Below are positions 1-10,287 of a stretch of DNA of 64,000 nucleotides, piece by piece. The notes under the pieces were generated by a model. The model was not told where the DNA came from. It saw only the letters and a program-made list of their open reading frames with translations, and did not search any database. The first letter of the stretch is position 1; each line of letters starts with the position of its first letter. The position numbers were made by a program, and so were the translations under genes. Source of the stretch: a virus (taxonomy: Duplodnaviria > Caudoviricetes); the IMG/VR virus record IMGVR_UViG_3300014613_000021, positions 24,407 to 88,406 of that record; one strand, 5' to 3'.

Positions 1-89
1 TAATTGACAGGAAATTTTTTATTATTAAATAATCTGGTTGGTACATTGTTATTATTTATTCAGTAAAAATATAAAATTTATATTAAATA

Positions 90-1070
90 TCAAAACAAAA
101 TTTCTAAAACTTTTGTTCTTAATTCATCTCTTAATTCCGGGTTGTCTTTTAATAACTCAATCACTGAGATTCTTCCTTGTCCAAGTTTAGTTTTTCCATA
201 ACTAAACCATGAACCGCTTTTTTTTACTATTTCAGCTTCTACACTAATATCCAGTATTTCTCCGCTTTCATCAATTCCCTGGCCAAAGAAAATATCAAAT
301 TCAGCTTGTTTAAAAGGAGGTGCGACTTTGTTTTTTACAACTTTGACACGAGTTTTATTAGAAACAACTGTTTCTCCGTCCTTATTACTTCCAATCCGGC
401 TTACTTCAAGCCTTATCGTTGCATAAAATTTTAAAGCATTTCCTCCGGTTGTTGTCCAGGGATTACCCCAGCTAATTCCAATCTTTTCCCTCATCTGGTT
501 TGTAAAGATTATCAGACACTTATTCTTATTAACAACGCCCGTAATTTTACGTAAAGCCTGAGACATTAGTCTTGCATGAAGTCCCATTTTTGAATCACCC
601 ATTTCTCCATCAATTTCAGCCTTTGGTGTTAATGCTGCGACAGAATCAATGATTATTAACCTTATTTCTCCAGATTTTACTAAATGTTCAACAATATTCA
701 ATGCCTGATCTCCATCGTCAGGCTGAGAAATTAATAAAGGGTTGTCACCGGTTAATTGAATTCCTAATGCCTTTGCATATTCAACATCTAATGAGTGTTC
801 AGCGTCAATAAAAACAGCAGAATAACCCATTTTTTGAGTATTGGCGATAGCATGAAGACAAAGGGTTGTCTTTCCTGACGATTCTTGTCCATATATCTCA
901 ATAATCCTCCCAAAAGGATACCCCCCGACACCTAAAGCATGGTCAAGAAGCAATGATCCGGATGAAACTATTTCAATATCTTTTTGTGCCTTTGAATCAG
1001 AAGTAATGACAGAAAATTTACCAAAGGCTTTTTCAATATTATCTATTGTTGTTTGTAGTCCTTTTCTCAC
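90..1070 (-). CDS. recA: RecA recombinase
   Basis: [16 protein letters not shown] Walker [40 protein letters not shown]; GTG start. Confidence 0.97.
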   Translation of the reverse strand: MRKGLQTTIDNIEKAFGKFSVITSDSKAQKDIEIVSSGSLLLDHALGVGGYPFGRIIEIYGQESSGKTTLCLHAIANTQKMGYSAVFIDAEHSLDVEYAKALGIQLTGDNPLLISQPDDGDQALNIVEHLVKSGEIRLIIIDSVAALTPKAEIDGEMGDSKMGLHARLMSQALRKITGVVNKNKCLIIFTNQMREKIGISWGNPWTTTGGNALKFYATIRLEVSRIGSNKDGETVVSNKTRVKVVKNKVAPPFKQAEFDIFFGQGIDESGEILDISVEAEIVKKSGSWFSYGKTKLGQGRISVIELLKDNPELRDELRTKVLEILF

Positions 1071-1094
1071 GTTTCATTTTTATTAACAATTATT
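1065..1094. repeat. 30-bp exact repeat, copy 1 (5' leader of recA)
   Basis: tctcacgtttcatttttattaacaattatt is identical to 63007-63036. Confidence 0.9.
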
Positions 1095-1191
1095 TAATTA
1101 TATATATTCATATTTTGTGAATATATAAACTATTTACCTACAAGCACTACACCCGTTCATTTAATCAACATCATAAAAATTAATAATTTGC

Positions 1192-1431
1192 TCATTTCCT
1201 GTCCCCCTGAATCTTTTGCTCATAAAAATTCCCAACGCAATCAACCAACTCGTTATATTCTTCAACCCATTCAATATCTATCTTCAACCCTGCATTATAG
1301 AATCGGATAATTACTTCACACACTTCGCCAAACCGTTTTATTTTTACAAACTCATCATGTATTTTTTTAGGCATTAATCCTAATGGTGGCCTCAATGTTA
1401 GCTGTATGACATGATTATATTTCTCTTTCAT
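1192..1431 (-). CDS. hypothetical phage protein
   Basis: 79-aa ORF in operon, RPPLGLMP motif; no function recognised. Confidence 0.6.
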   Translation of the reverse strand: MKEKYNHVIQLTLRPPLGLMPKKIHDEFVKIKRFGEVCEVIIRFYNAGLKIDIEWVEEYNELVDCVGNFYEQKIQGDRK

Positions 1432-1434
1432 CTT

Positions 1435-2463
1435 TTACAATATTTCACTTAAGTATTTCTGACCAATTTCATAATCAACTTTATTTAATTCACAAAATTC
1501 CTTAAAACCCTCCTTAATTGCCTTTTTATCAAATGAAACAAATTCCTGACCCTTTGCACTGTCAATGTTAGTTTGTACATCAGAAGGCTTCATTTTAACG
1601 TCTATCCCGGCTTCATTTATCTTTGTTGTGTTTATTGCTTTTAGTCTTGAACTATCACCGATAAATTCAAATCTTGTTTTCTTTTCTGATCCGGAATATT
1701 GTTTTAACAATCCATCAATAGCTTTTAAGTCTGTTTTGTCAATATCAACCTCAATTTTCCTATATTCCTGAAAACTAAGTTTAACAAATTCATGTGAACC
1801 GTCAGAATAAAGAACTGTCATCCCTTTTGAAGTGTCTTCATTAAAACACCTCTGATCTGTTGACCCAATATAATATACATTATTCCCAACAAATGACTGA
1901 TCGTGATAATGACCAACAAAACAAGAATGAAATTTCTTAAATAACTCTCCTTTTATTTTATTTGAAACAAGGTTTTTGTCATTATTTTTAACCCCGTCAA
2001 ATGAAATATGAGTGCCAAGTATATTTATTCTGGTTTTATCAACCTTAACTTGTTTCAAATAATTAAGATAAACAGTGTCTTCTTTGAAATAAGGAATTAA
2101 GTGAAGAACCAAATTGTCTAAACAAATTAAATCAGTTTTATCAATTAACTTAAAATTTGGATGGAACTTAAATTCATCAAGATAACTTTTTTCACTTTCA
2201 TAGTCAACTTTGTCGTGGTTTCCAGGAATAGCAGTCAAATCAATTTTTGATTCCTGAAACATAGAAAGAACTTCTCCAAATCCATTCAATACATGAAGTG
2301 GCTGTGCTTTACGGCTTTTAAAAAAATCACCAAGCCCAATGACAGTGGAACAATTAAGTTCCACTGCCTTTGTTATGACCTGACCAATTATCTCCTTAAC
2401 ATGAACAAGATTGTTTTTGTCAAGGTGAATGTCTGTAATTAAAATTGCTACCGGCTTTTTCAT
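1435..2463 (-). CDS. Mre11/SbcD-like metallophosphoesterase nuclease
   Basis: TDIH, GLGDFF, IPGNHDK, GTH and GHYH calcineurin-like motifs; recombination context. Confidence 0.88.
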   Translation of the reverse strand: MKKPVAILITDIHLDKNNLVHVKEIIGQVITKAVELNCSTVIGLGDFFKSRKAQPLHVLNGFGEVLSMFQESKIDLTAIPGNHDKVDYESEKSYLDEFKFHPNFKLIDKTDLICLDNLVLHLIPYFKEDTVYLNYLKQVKVDKTRINILGTHISFDGVKNNDKNLVSNKIKGELFKKFHSCFVGHYHDQSFVGNNVYYIGSTDQRCFNEDTSKGMTVLYSDGSHEFVKLSFQEYRKIEVDIDKTDLKAIDGLLKQYSGSEKKTRFEFIGDSSRLKAINTTKINEAGIDVKMKPSDVQTNIDSAKGQEFVSFDKKAIKEGFKEFCELNKVDYEIGQKYLSEIL

Positions 2464-3824
2464 TTTCCACCCATTTTAGCTCTTAACTTTTCCCTGAGTT
2501 CTTCTCTTTTTCTTGCAAGATCGTCCTGTACATTATCAGACTTTGTTTCAGAAGAGGATTCTTCTTTTTTTATAGTTGTTTTAACATTCTCTTTACTTTC
2601 TTTTTTCCAGGGAATTTTTTCTTTCTCAACAGGTTTTTCAGGTTCTTTTTCTTCCGGTTCTTCAGATTTTCTTTCTTCTTCCAAATCCGCAAGTTCCTCA
2701 CGAATAGCCCCACGAATATCATCGTCAGAATGACTTTGTGTTACCATTATCGGGAGGTTGTTGTCACGAATAAATTTTTTCAGGTCTTTCCTTCCCATGT
2801 TATCAAGGTCAACGTCACTTGAAACATTTTCTTCCGGTTCACCATCTTCTTCTTTTTTGTCAAACGAAAGGTCTGATTCAGGTTCATCATCATTGATATT
2901 GCCTGCGTTTTCTTCTGGATAATCATCGCTATCACTTTCTTCATCAGAATCAGGATAATATCCGGCAATCTCCTCAACAATATCAAGCCACTCATCATGT
3001 GCAAAAACACCGATCTTGTTTTGTTCATCAAAAATACGTAACCCTTCAAGAGACTTTGTAAAATCTGAAGTGCGGTATTTGAAAATTTCCTGTAATGGTT
3101 CAAGTTCCATGAAGTCCTCAAGTTGTTTTTCAGTCAACTGGTACTTTCCCCTCCACTCCAAAGAAAGTTTGTAATAATCGTCTTTTTTCTTCTCTTTGTT
3201 ATTATAAACAATAATAAGAGCCTTTCCATCGTCCGGATCAGAAAACGGATCGGTCATAATTGGTTCATCTGCCTGTTCTCCAATACACAGGTTATTCATT
3301 TTTTCAGCAGTTCTATCTGAAAACTCAAGTCTGCCAAATTCTGAACCACTTATTTTCAGTTTATCGGCGTAACAAACCCATGATGTTTTTGCGGATATAC
3401 CCTTTTCCCAGTCCGTCATCGGAAAAATAAGTTTCGCAATTTCTTTTTGTTTTTCTTTTTCAGTTGCCTTTGACGGACCGTTTACTTCATCTGTAATAAG
3501 ATTTGTAGCAAACTTAATATATTCTTCAATCAAATCTTTTTCTGTCTTAGCATGTACTTTTGAATTGAAAATAGGTCTTCTGACAATTTCTTTTACACCG
3601 TCTTTGTCGATTTCCTGCGGAAGCCAGTGTACAACCTTCGGAACAATAAAAGAATCATGTTCAGGATAAGCCGGATACAACCTGAATTTATTTGTTCCAA
3701 TATCAATGTCAAGATAACCGGGTCTTCCTGAATTTTTTTTCTTTACAACAATACCAACTTCTTTCATCTTCCCTTTTAAGACTTCAACAGAAGTGGCTTT
3801 AAACTTTGATCTGTCAATTTTCAT
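2460..3824 (-). CDS. gp32-like single-stranded DNA-binding protein with long acidic C-terminal region
   Basis: GTNKFRLYP...VHW N-terminal pattern, very acidic tail, located between nuclease and UvsY-like gene. Confidence 0.6.
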   Translation of the reverse strand: MKIDRSKFKATSVEVLKGKMKEVGIVVKKKNSGRPGYLDIDIGTNKFRLYPAYPEHDSFIVPKVVHWLPQEIDKDGVKEIVRRPIFNSKVHAKTEKDLIEEYIKFATNLITDEVNGPSKATEKEKQKEIAKLIFPMTDWEKGISAKTSWVCYADKLKISGSEFGRLEFSDRTAEKMNNLCIGEQADEPIMTDPFSDPDDGKALIIVYNNKEKKKDDYYKLSLEWRGKYQLTEKQLEDFMELEPLQEIFKYRTSDFTKSLEGLRIFDEQNKIGVFAHDEWLDIVEEIAGYYPDSDEESDSDDYPEENAGNINDDEPESDLSFDKKEEDGEPEENVSSDVDLDNMGRKDLKKFIRDNNLPIMVTQSHSDDDIRGAIREELADLEEERKSEEPEEKEPEKPVEKEKIPWKKESKENVKTTIKKEESSSETKSDNVQDDLARKREELREKLRAKMGGK

Positions 3825-3842
3825 AACTTTACGGTTTTTTAG

Positions 3843-4394
3843 TTAATACTTATTTTTAGTTAATTTATCAAAACACTTAATCATAATTCCGTTTATTGTT
3901 CCTTCCATTATTTCATCTTCAAACTCACTTGGACGTAATTTTTCAGATATTTTGTTCAGTTTATCGTCTTTTGACTTAGCTGACCAGTATAATGAATTAA
4001 GATAATCCCTGTATTTTTCTACTTTAAAAAGTTTTTTTGATTTTAGGTTATTTCCGGTATCCTGTAAAACACTCCACTCAACCTCATCGTTTGTTGGTGC
4101 TTTCATTTTTGCTGCGCCACCTGAACCGTCAACTTTCCTGAGATTCTTTTTATACCTCTCTTTTAATTCAGCCCGATAAACTTCCAGATCAAACTTAGTA
4201 TGTTTAACCATATCCTCTGCGTCTGCAAGTAATAAACCAAGCCTATTAAGTAAAACGGGAAAAGTAAGTATCTCACCAAGTATATTGGAATAATCAATTT
4301 TAAGAATATCGTCAACGTCAATTTCACCGTCAAAATCGGTTACTTTCAATACAACAATTTTATTTTCCAGTGGAATTTTAATTAATTCTAACAT
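3843..4394 (-). CDS. UvsY-like recombination mediator
   Basis: Helical 183-aa protein with a pattern like UvsY (EVEWSVLQD...YRDYLNSLYWSAKSK); next to SSB and RecA. Confidence 0.45.
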   Translation of the reverse strand: MLELIKIPLENKIVVLKVTDFDGEIDVDDILKIDYSNILGEILTFPVLLNRLGLLLADAEDMVKHTKFDLEVYRAELKERYKKNLRKVDGSGGAAKMKAPTNDEVEWSVLQDTGNNLKSKKLFKVEKYRDYLNSLYWSAKSKDDKLNKISEKLRPSEFEDEIMEGTINGIMIKCFDKLTKNKY

Positions 4395-4413
4395 TGTTGA
4401 GGTAAATTTTTGT

Positions 4414-4421
4414 TAAAGATA
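4414..4421 (-). promoter_or_regulatory. putative promoter element TATCTTTA
   Basis: Same octamer in intergenic DNA upstream of gene blocks at 45317, 56915 and 61224; one base from the Bacteroidota -7 TAnnTTTG. Confidence 0.45.
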
Positions 4422-4447
4422 TATAATTTATATTTATCTACAAAATT

Positions 4448-7400
4448 TTAATTTAAAATTTCTACTTGTGAGTTATCTTCTGTATAAAGAACGTTCATGT
4501 TCTTATAATCATCATATCCGATTTTTCCGTCTATTATCAAAAGTTTTCCTTTAGCTAAAGACAGTTGTTTTCCGTAATCAGCCCAAGTAATCGGCCAACA
4601 AACAACCCAAATCATTTCATCATTACATTCAATTTGTATTTGCGCAAACTTGCCATTTTTACTGTTTCTTTCAATAAATCCAGAAATAACCCCTGCAATA
4701 ATACCTCTTTTGTTTCCTCGTGAATTAAATTCAGAATAAAATTCAATAGGGTCTATTAATTTATTTGCACTTTGTTTGAATATTATAGAGAATTTAAGAA
4801 TTACTCTTTTATAATTAAGATAACCAAATCCACATAATTCTTTCTGTCGTAATATCCACCAATATTCTTCATCTATTCTATTATTGTCAGTAAAAGTATC
4901 TTTTCCTTTATCAATTTTAATGCCTACTATTTTTCTGTATTTTTCAATCAAAGAAAGTCTTTCTTGTGGAGTTTTTATGCTTTCTATATTATCAAAACAC
5001 CCTGAAAAAATAAGACTTTCGACAACTCTTTTATTGACTTTACTTTTAGGGACCCTTTCATAAAATTCCTTTAGTGAATAAAAATCGCCATTCTTTTCTC
5101 TTTCTTCTACTATTATTGAAACAGCTATATCGCCAACATTTTTTATTTTAGAAAGAGACCAATATATTTTAGCTTGCTCAAAATCAGTATAAAAACTTTG
5201 TCTTGAATAATTAATATCTGGCGGCAATACTTTAATAAAATCACCTATTTTATTTATCTCACAAATCAATTTTGAAATATTACTTTCTTTTGCGTACTCT
5301 AATGCAACAGTCCAAAACTGAATCGGATATTTATATTTTAACCACTGCCCTATATATCCAGTAATAGCATAAGCGACCGCATGAGAACGATTAAAAGAAT
5401 ATCCGGCAAACGCTTGTAATTTATTCCATATTTTTTTTACTATTTTTTCTTCATAACCGTTTTCAATAGCCCTGTCAATAAATAATTGTTTGTAACTATC
5501 AAGTAATGATTGTATTTTTTTTCCCATCGCCTTCCTTATTTCATCTCCTTCGCTAAAAGAAAAATCAGAAAGTATTTGTGTTACTTTGATAGCTTGCTCC
5601 TGATATATATATAAACCATAAGTGTTTTCTGTAACCTCTTTTAACACTTCAAGATCATATTCAGTGTTTTTTCTTCCATGCCTTAAATTAATATAGTCAA
5701 TGTGAGCGTTTGAAATCATTGTTCCCGGTCTGTATAATGAAATCATTGAAATAAGATGCTCCATGTTATCAGGTTTCACATTTAAAGAATAACCTATCAA
5801 TCCAGTACTTCCAAAATGATGTATATCCTGATTAAACCCTTTTTGAAACAATTTATAAACTCCTTTATCATTATATTCTAAATTAAAAACATTAATTTCT
5901 TCTCCTGTTGTTTTCTTTACAAGTTCTGTTATTTCCTTAAATTTATCAAGTTGTTCAAGCGAAAGAAGGTCTTCTTTTAAAAAACCTATTTTATCTAAAT
6001 CACTTCCTTTCCATTCAGAAACTAAATTTCCGTCTTCCATACGAACGGGAATCCAATCAAAAATCTCCATAAAATTATCATCCCCGTCATGTTCTGGAAA
6101 AATAATCATTGCTGACGCATGAACGGATTTATTCCTTACCTGTGATATTATTAATTGAATGGCATTGATTAACTCAAAGTTTTTCCTTATAAAGTCAGTA
6201 AAAACAGGGTTTTTAATAGTATTTTTAAACACATCAATAAAAGTATCTGTTTCCTCCGGCTTTGTCTTTACATCTTTAAAATTAAACACAACAGATGCAG
6301 GATACCCATAAACACTCGCAAGGTCTTTTAACGCCGCCTTTAATTGAAATGTATTGTTATTTCCCACATAGCAGATATGATTATATCCATATTTTTGAAC
6401 CAGGTATTGTTTTACGACATCCCTTTTACCAGCCTCTATATCTATATCAATATCCGGACAACCTTCTTTAATCCTTGCCTCATTTAAAAACCTCTCAAAA
6501 ATCAAATCATAATCAAAAGGGTTTATTTTTATTATTCCAAGTAAATATGAAATTAACGACCCTGACGCACTTCCACGACCAATGCCAACGTATATATTTT
6601 CTTTTTTACAAAATTCAATAACATCCCAAAGAATAAGAAAATAATCAATAAAGCCTCCTCTTATTATTACATCAACTTCTTTTTCTATTCTTTCATAATA
6701 CTTTTCTAAATCCTGTTCTTTTGACAATTTTTCTTCAACCCCTTTCTGAATTAAATTAAAAAATAATTCTTCACTATTTTCACATTTAAACTTTGGGAGG
6801 TGAAGTTTCTTTTCAATTCTAAAATCAACATTATTACTTACCCAATTTGTATTTGAACTGGCTTCAGTAAATATTTCCAATACCTTTTTTTTATCTGAAA
6901 ACAAGGAACTCAATATTTCAAAATTATCATCAAGGTTTTTAAAATATTGATTTTTTGATTCATGCTGAAATCCCACATCACCTATTTTATTAAGGATTTT
7001 CTTGATATAACCGTCTCCTTTATCAAGGTAATAAGAATCATTTATTAAAATAGGCTCTACAAGATTTATATACCTGTCAAAATATTCTTTTAAAACCAAA
7101 AGACTTTCTTTATCTTTTTCATCTCTTTCCCAAACAACGGTATCTATTTGATAAAAAACTTTTTCAAAATTTCTTTTGAGAATAGGTAAATCACTGAAAA
7201 ACAAATTGTCGCATAAAATAAGAACAAGTCCAGAACTATACTGAATTAAGTCATCAATTGTAACACCTCTTTTTTGAACATTTATAATGCAATTTAGCCT
7301 TAATAAGTTTTTCCACCCCTGATTATTTAAAACATATATTTTTATATTTGCGTTTTCTCCTTTTCTTACAATATTAATGCTCTCTCCTATAACAAATTTT

Positions 7401-7873
7401 ATATTTTCTTTCTGACACTGAAACTGTAATTGAAGAACCCCCGCTAATGTATTTTTATCACAAATTCCAACAGTGTCATATCCATAAAACTTAGCTTTCT
7501 TAATCCAATCCGGAAACTTTCTTGAACCATTACAAATGTCATATTCTGAATGAATGCCTAAATAAGAAAATGGTTGCTCAATTTCTTGAACACACTTACC
7601 TAAATATTTAAACGGATTAACTTCTGGATTCTTTTCTGTTTTAATTGGTGTATAGTAATACTTTCCACCAAATTTGAATAAATAAAAATCTGTTAAGTCT
7701 TCCATTGCTTTTTCAGCCGGAGAAAGAATTAATTCAAACTTATCAGTAAACATTTTTTTCTTATATTCAATTAAAAGAAATTTACCAACACCCTCAATTT
7801 TAAAAACATCTTCTAATTCGGAATTTAACAAACTAAGTTTATTATCAACTATCCATTCACTTAATTCAGTCAT
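4448..7873 (-). CDS. dnaE: DNA polymerase III alpha subunit (family C)
   Basis: PHP domain (HSEY...GS), GIGRGSASGSLISYLLGI, PDIDIDI catalytic motif, GYSFNRSHAVAY, C-terminal OB fold; about 100-aa N-terminal extension. Confidence 0.96.
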   Translation of the reverse strand: MTELSEWIVDNKLSLLNSELEDVFKIEGVGKFLLIEYKKKMFTDKFELILSPAEKAMEDLTDFYLFKFGGKYYYTPIKTEKNPEVNPFKYLGKCVQEIEQPFSYLGIHSEYDICNGSRKFPDWIKKAKFYGYDTVGICDKNTLAGVLQLQFQCQKENIKFVIGESINIVRKGENANIKIYVLNNQGWKNLLRLNCIINVQKRGVTIDDLIQYSSGLVLILCDNLFFSDLPILKRNFEKVFYQIDTVVWERDEKDKESLLVLKEYFDRYINLVEPILINDSYYLDKGDGYIKKILNKIGDVGFQHESKNQYFKNLDDNFEILSSLFSDKKKVLEIFTEASSNTNWVSNNVDFRIEKKLHLPKFKCENSEELFFNLIQKGVEEKLSKEQDLEKYYERIEKEVDVIIRGGFIDYFLILWDVIEFCKKENIYVGIGRGSASGSLISYLLGIIKINPFDYDLIFERFLNEARIKEGCPDIDIDIEAGKRDVVKQYLVQKYGYNHICYVGNNNTFQLKAALKDLASVYGYPASVVFNFKDVKTKPEETDTFIDVFKNTIKNPVFTDFIRKNFELINAIQLIISQVRNKSVHASAMIIFPEHDGDDNFMEIFDWIPVRMEDGNLVSEWKGSDLDKIGFLKEDLLSLEQLDKFKEITELVKKTTGEEINVFNLEYNDKGVYKLFQKGFNQDIHHFGSTGLIGYSLNVKPDNMEHLISMISLYRPGTMISNAHIDYINLRHGRKNTEYDLEVLKEVTENTYGLYIYQEQAIKVTQILSDFSFSEGDEIRKAMGKKIQSLLDSYKQLFIDRAIENGYEEKIVKKIWNKLQAFAGYSFNRSHAVAYAITGYIGQWLKYKYPIQFWTVALEYAKESNISKLICEINKIGDFIKVLPPDINYSRQSFYTDFEQAKIYWSLSKIKNVGDIAVSIIVEEREKNGDFYSLKEFYERVPKSKVNKRVVESLIFSGCFDNIESIKTPQERLSLIEKYRKIVGIKIDKGKDTFTDNNRIDEEYWWILRQKELCGFGYLNYKRVILKFSIIFKQSANKLIDPIEFYSEFNSRGNKRGIIAGVISGFIERNSKNGKFAQIQIECNDEMIWVVCWPITWADYGKQLSLAKGKLLIIDGKIGYDDYKNMNVLYTEDNSQVEILN

Positions 7874-7910
7874 ATTGGTAAATTCACAGTATAAGATAGT
7901 ATTCCGCTAA

Positions 7911-9731
7911 TTAACAAGGACACCACCATGCCTTTAATTTATTTGTTTTAAAAATAAAAATATCGCCCTTTGTATTGTTATAGATGATTTTCAACTGTTC
8001 AAAATTAAAACCCTCTTTTAATTCATCATTTTCTTTTAAACATAACACGCTTACAAAATATCCGTTTTCTATTAATTCATTATTATTTAAACTAATAACC
8101 GAATCAATAGATTCTATTTTTAATTCTTTATAAACTGAATTTACTTTTGTTATCTCGTTTTCAAAATCAATTATAAACCCGTAATTTTTTTTACTTTTTT
8201 CTTTATTTTTCCTTTCTTCTTTTCTTAATTCTTCTAAAAATGAAATATATTTTTGAGCTACTTCTTTATTAATAACAATTCCGTTATTAATAAAGATTTT
8301 TCTTTCTATTATATATTTTTTTATAATAGAGTTTTCTTCAAATAATCTTGAATATAGATCTATATTATCTGATTTTAAAATAATCTCTTTTTCATTAAAA
8401 TAAATATCTATTTCTCCGTCCGGAATTACACCAAATACTTTAGAAAAATCTTTATTAATTATTATTGAATCACAATTAATATTTAATTGATCTGAATTGA
8501 AATAATCAAAATATAAATGCATCTTATTTACCCCCCCTATATATGTTTTATCATTAATATTAAATAAATGAATTTGGTTAGAAATACCCTTTTTTACAAT
8601 ATTAAACTTATTTATAAATTCCTGCGATTGAAGTTTTCCTATATATATATAATCAGAAATATTCTTTTGACAAAACGGATATTCACTAATAGTTTTATAA
8701 AAGATTAAAGCATTTCCTTCAAGTTTATAAAGGCCATCCGGTTTATTTATTCCTGAAATATTTATAATATTTTCAAGATCAGTACAGGTCAAAATTTTAT
8801 TTTCGATTTTTATAAAATCAAGTATTGGAAGATATGTTTTGTTATTATTATTAATAAAGCTCTTTATTACGGATATTTGTTCTTTAGTTAAATCAGAATA
8901 TTCACCTTTCTTTATTTCTATATTTACTTCATCAATATATTGTTTATTATTTGAATAAACAATGTTTTCAATTAAATCATAATTTGAACAAATCCCTACA
9001 TTTCTATCAATATCACCATACCATCCATCTTCAGAAATCTTTCCATAATCCCCCGGCATTAACATAGCAAATAATGAAAATTTATTTCCTTTATATTCAA
9101 ATAAAATAGAGTTATTATATGATAATTTAATTGATATTTTACTAATACCTGTTTTTATAAATAGAATAAGTAAATCTCTTATAAAATTCAATTTATATGT
9201 AATTATCAATTCGCCAACAAAACTGAATTTCATTAATTTATTTGATTCATTTGTTAAATTTGTTCTATCAATAAATTGAATAAAAGCAAGGCATCTATGA
9301 CAATCTAATTCACCGTCAACTAAAAAATCTGTTAGAACAACATTGTGATAATCCGGGTATTTAAAATCAACCTTATCACCTATTTTATATTCTTTTTCAC
9401 CAAATTCTATATTATGAACTAAATATTTACCGTCATATTTTACGTTTTCTATATCACTTATGATAACTAATTTCATTGTATCATTAAAAACTATTTCATT
9501 TTTTTCTTTATTAAAAAAAACACAAAAGGTAAATTGACTATCATTTTGCGGATAAAGAATAGACTTAACCAAACCCATAAATTGTTTGTTTTCCGGGCTA
9601 AATTCAAATTTAACCGGTTTTGGTCTTTCATAATACTTATTCGCTAAAGGAATAATTTTATTAAAATCACTTTCAGCATTATTTATTTCCATGATTCTTT
9701 TTTTTATATGATGATATAGTACTGTAAACAA
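7911..9731 (-). CDS. large very AT-rich protein, possibly derived from the DnaN sliding clamp
   Basis: LPILDFIKIENKILTCTDLENII resembles the DnaN N-terminus; adjacent to dnaE. Confidence 0.35.
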   Translation of the reverse strand: MFTVLYHHIKKRIMEINNAESDFNKIIPLANKYYERPKPVKFEFSPENKQFMGLVKSILYPQNDSQFTFCVFFNKEKNEIVFNDTMKLVIISDIENVKYDGKYLVHNIEFGEKEYKIGDKVDFKYPDYHNVVLTDFLVDGELDCHRCLAFIQFIDRTNLTNESNKLMKFSFVGELIITYKLNFIRDLLILFIKTGISKISIKLSYNNSILFEYKGNKFSLFAMLMPGDYGKISEDGWYGDIDRNVGICSNYDLIENIVYSNNKQYIDEVNIEIKKGEYSDLTKEQISVIKSFINNNNKTYLPILDFIKIENKILTCTDLENIINISGINKPDGLYKLEGNALIFYKTISEYPFCQKNISDYIYIGKLQSQEFINKFNIVKKGISNQIHLFNINDKTYIGGVNKMHLYFDYFNSDQLNINCDSIIINKDFSKVFGVIPDGEIDIYFNEKEIILKSDNIDLYSRLFEENSIIKKYIIERKIFINNGIVINKEVAQKYISFLEELRKEERKNKEKSKKNYGFIIDFENEITKVNSVYKELKIESIDSVISLNNNELIENGYFVSVLCLKENDELKEGFNFEQLKIIYNNTKGDIFIFKTNKLKAWWCPC

Positions 9732-10281
9732 ATGAATAGTCAGATTCCATTAATTTTGAAATCTCTTTTATTGTTAATCCGGTATCATAAAGTCTTCTAA
9801 ATTTTTCCGATTTACTTATTTTTTTTTCTCTAAATACCCTTATTTGTTTCATTGTTAATTTAATTCTGTACTTTTTCTTTCCAATTTTTGGAGGGGTTAA
9901 ATACAATCTTATTTGTATTAAATACTCAATCCAATGACAACCAGATTTTACTAAATGATCAGTCAATTCAATAATTCTTTTTGCTTTTTCTTCCCCAAAT
10001 TGATTTACAATTTCTTCTTCAAGTTCATCTTTTGCAATTTCATTTTTTGTATTGTTCTGATAAACATAGAAAAACCTCTTTATTTCAGAAAAATCAATTG
10101 AAGTTTTTTCTGCAACAGGTTTGTTTTCCTTTTTTCCCCACTTTATTTTCTTTATTATCTCTGCCTTTAACTCCGTTTTTGTTTTCTTTTCAGGTTTCCT
10201 TATTTCTAATTCATCAGATATACTCCGTAATTCAGACAATGAATAACGAAATATATTCTCAATAATTATTTCTGGATTCAT
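9679..10281 (-). CDS. putative DNA-binding protein (Rho-N/HeH-like N-terminus, C-terminal HTH)
   Basis: SLSELRSISDELEI...KTELKAEII and GLTIKEISKLMESDYSFVYSTI. Confidence 0.5.
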   Translation of the reverse strand: MNPEIIIENIFRYSLSELRSISDELEIRKPEKKTKTELKAEIIKKIKWGKKENKPVAEKTSIDFSEIKRFFYVYQNNTKNEIAKDELEEEIVNQFGEEKAKRIIELTDHLVKSGCHWIEYLIQIRLYLTPPKIGKKKYRIKLTMKQIRVFREKKISKSEKFRRLYDTGLTIKEISKLMESDYSFVYSTISSYKKKNHGNK

Positions 10282-10287
10282 TTTTAT

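Noticed and set aside
4448-7873. Intein or intron in dnaE, terL, helicase or recA
   Set aside because: Lengths and motif spacing are normal; no splice-junction or homing-endonuclease motifs seen
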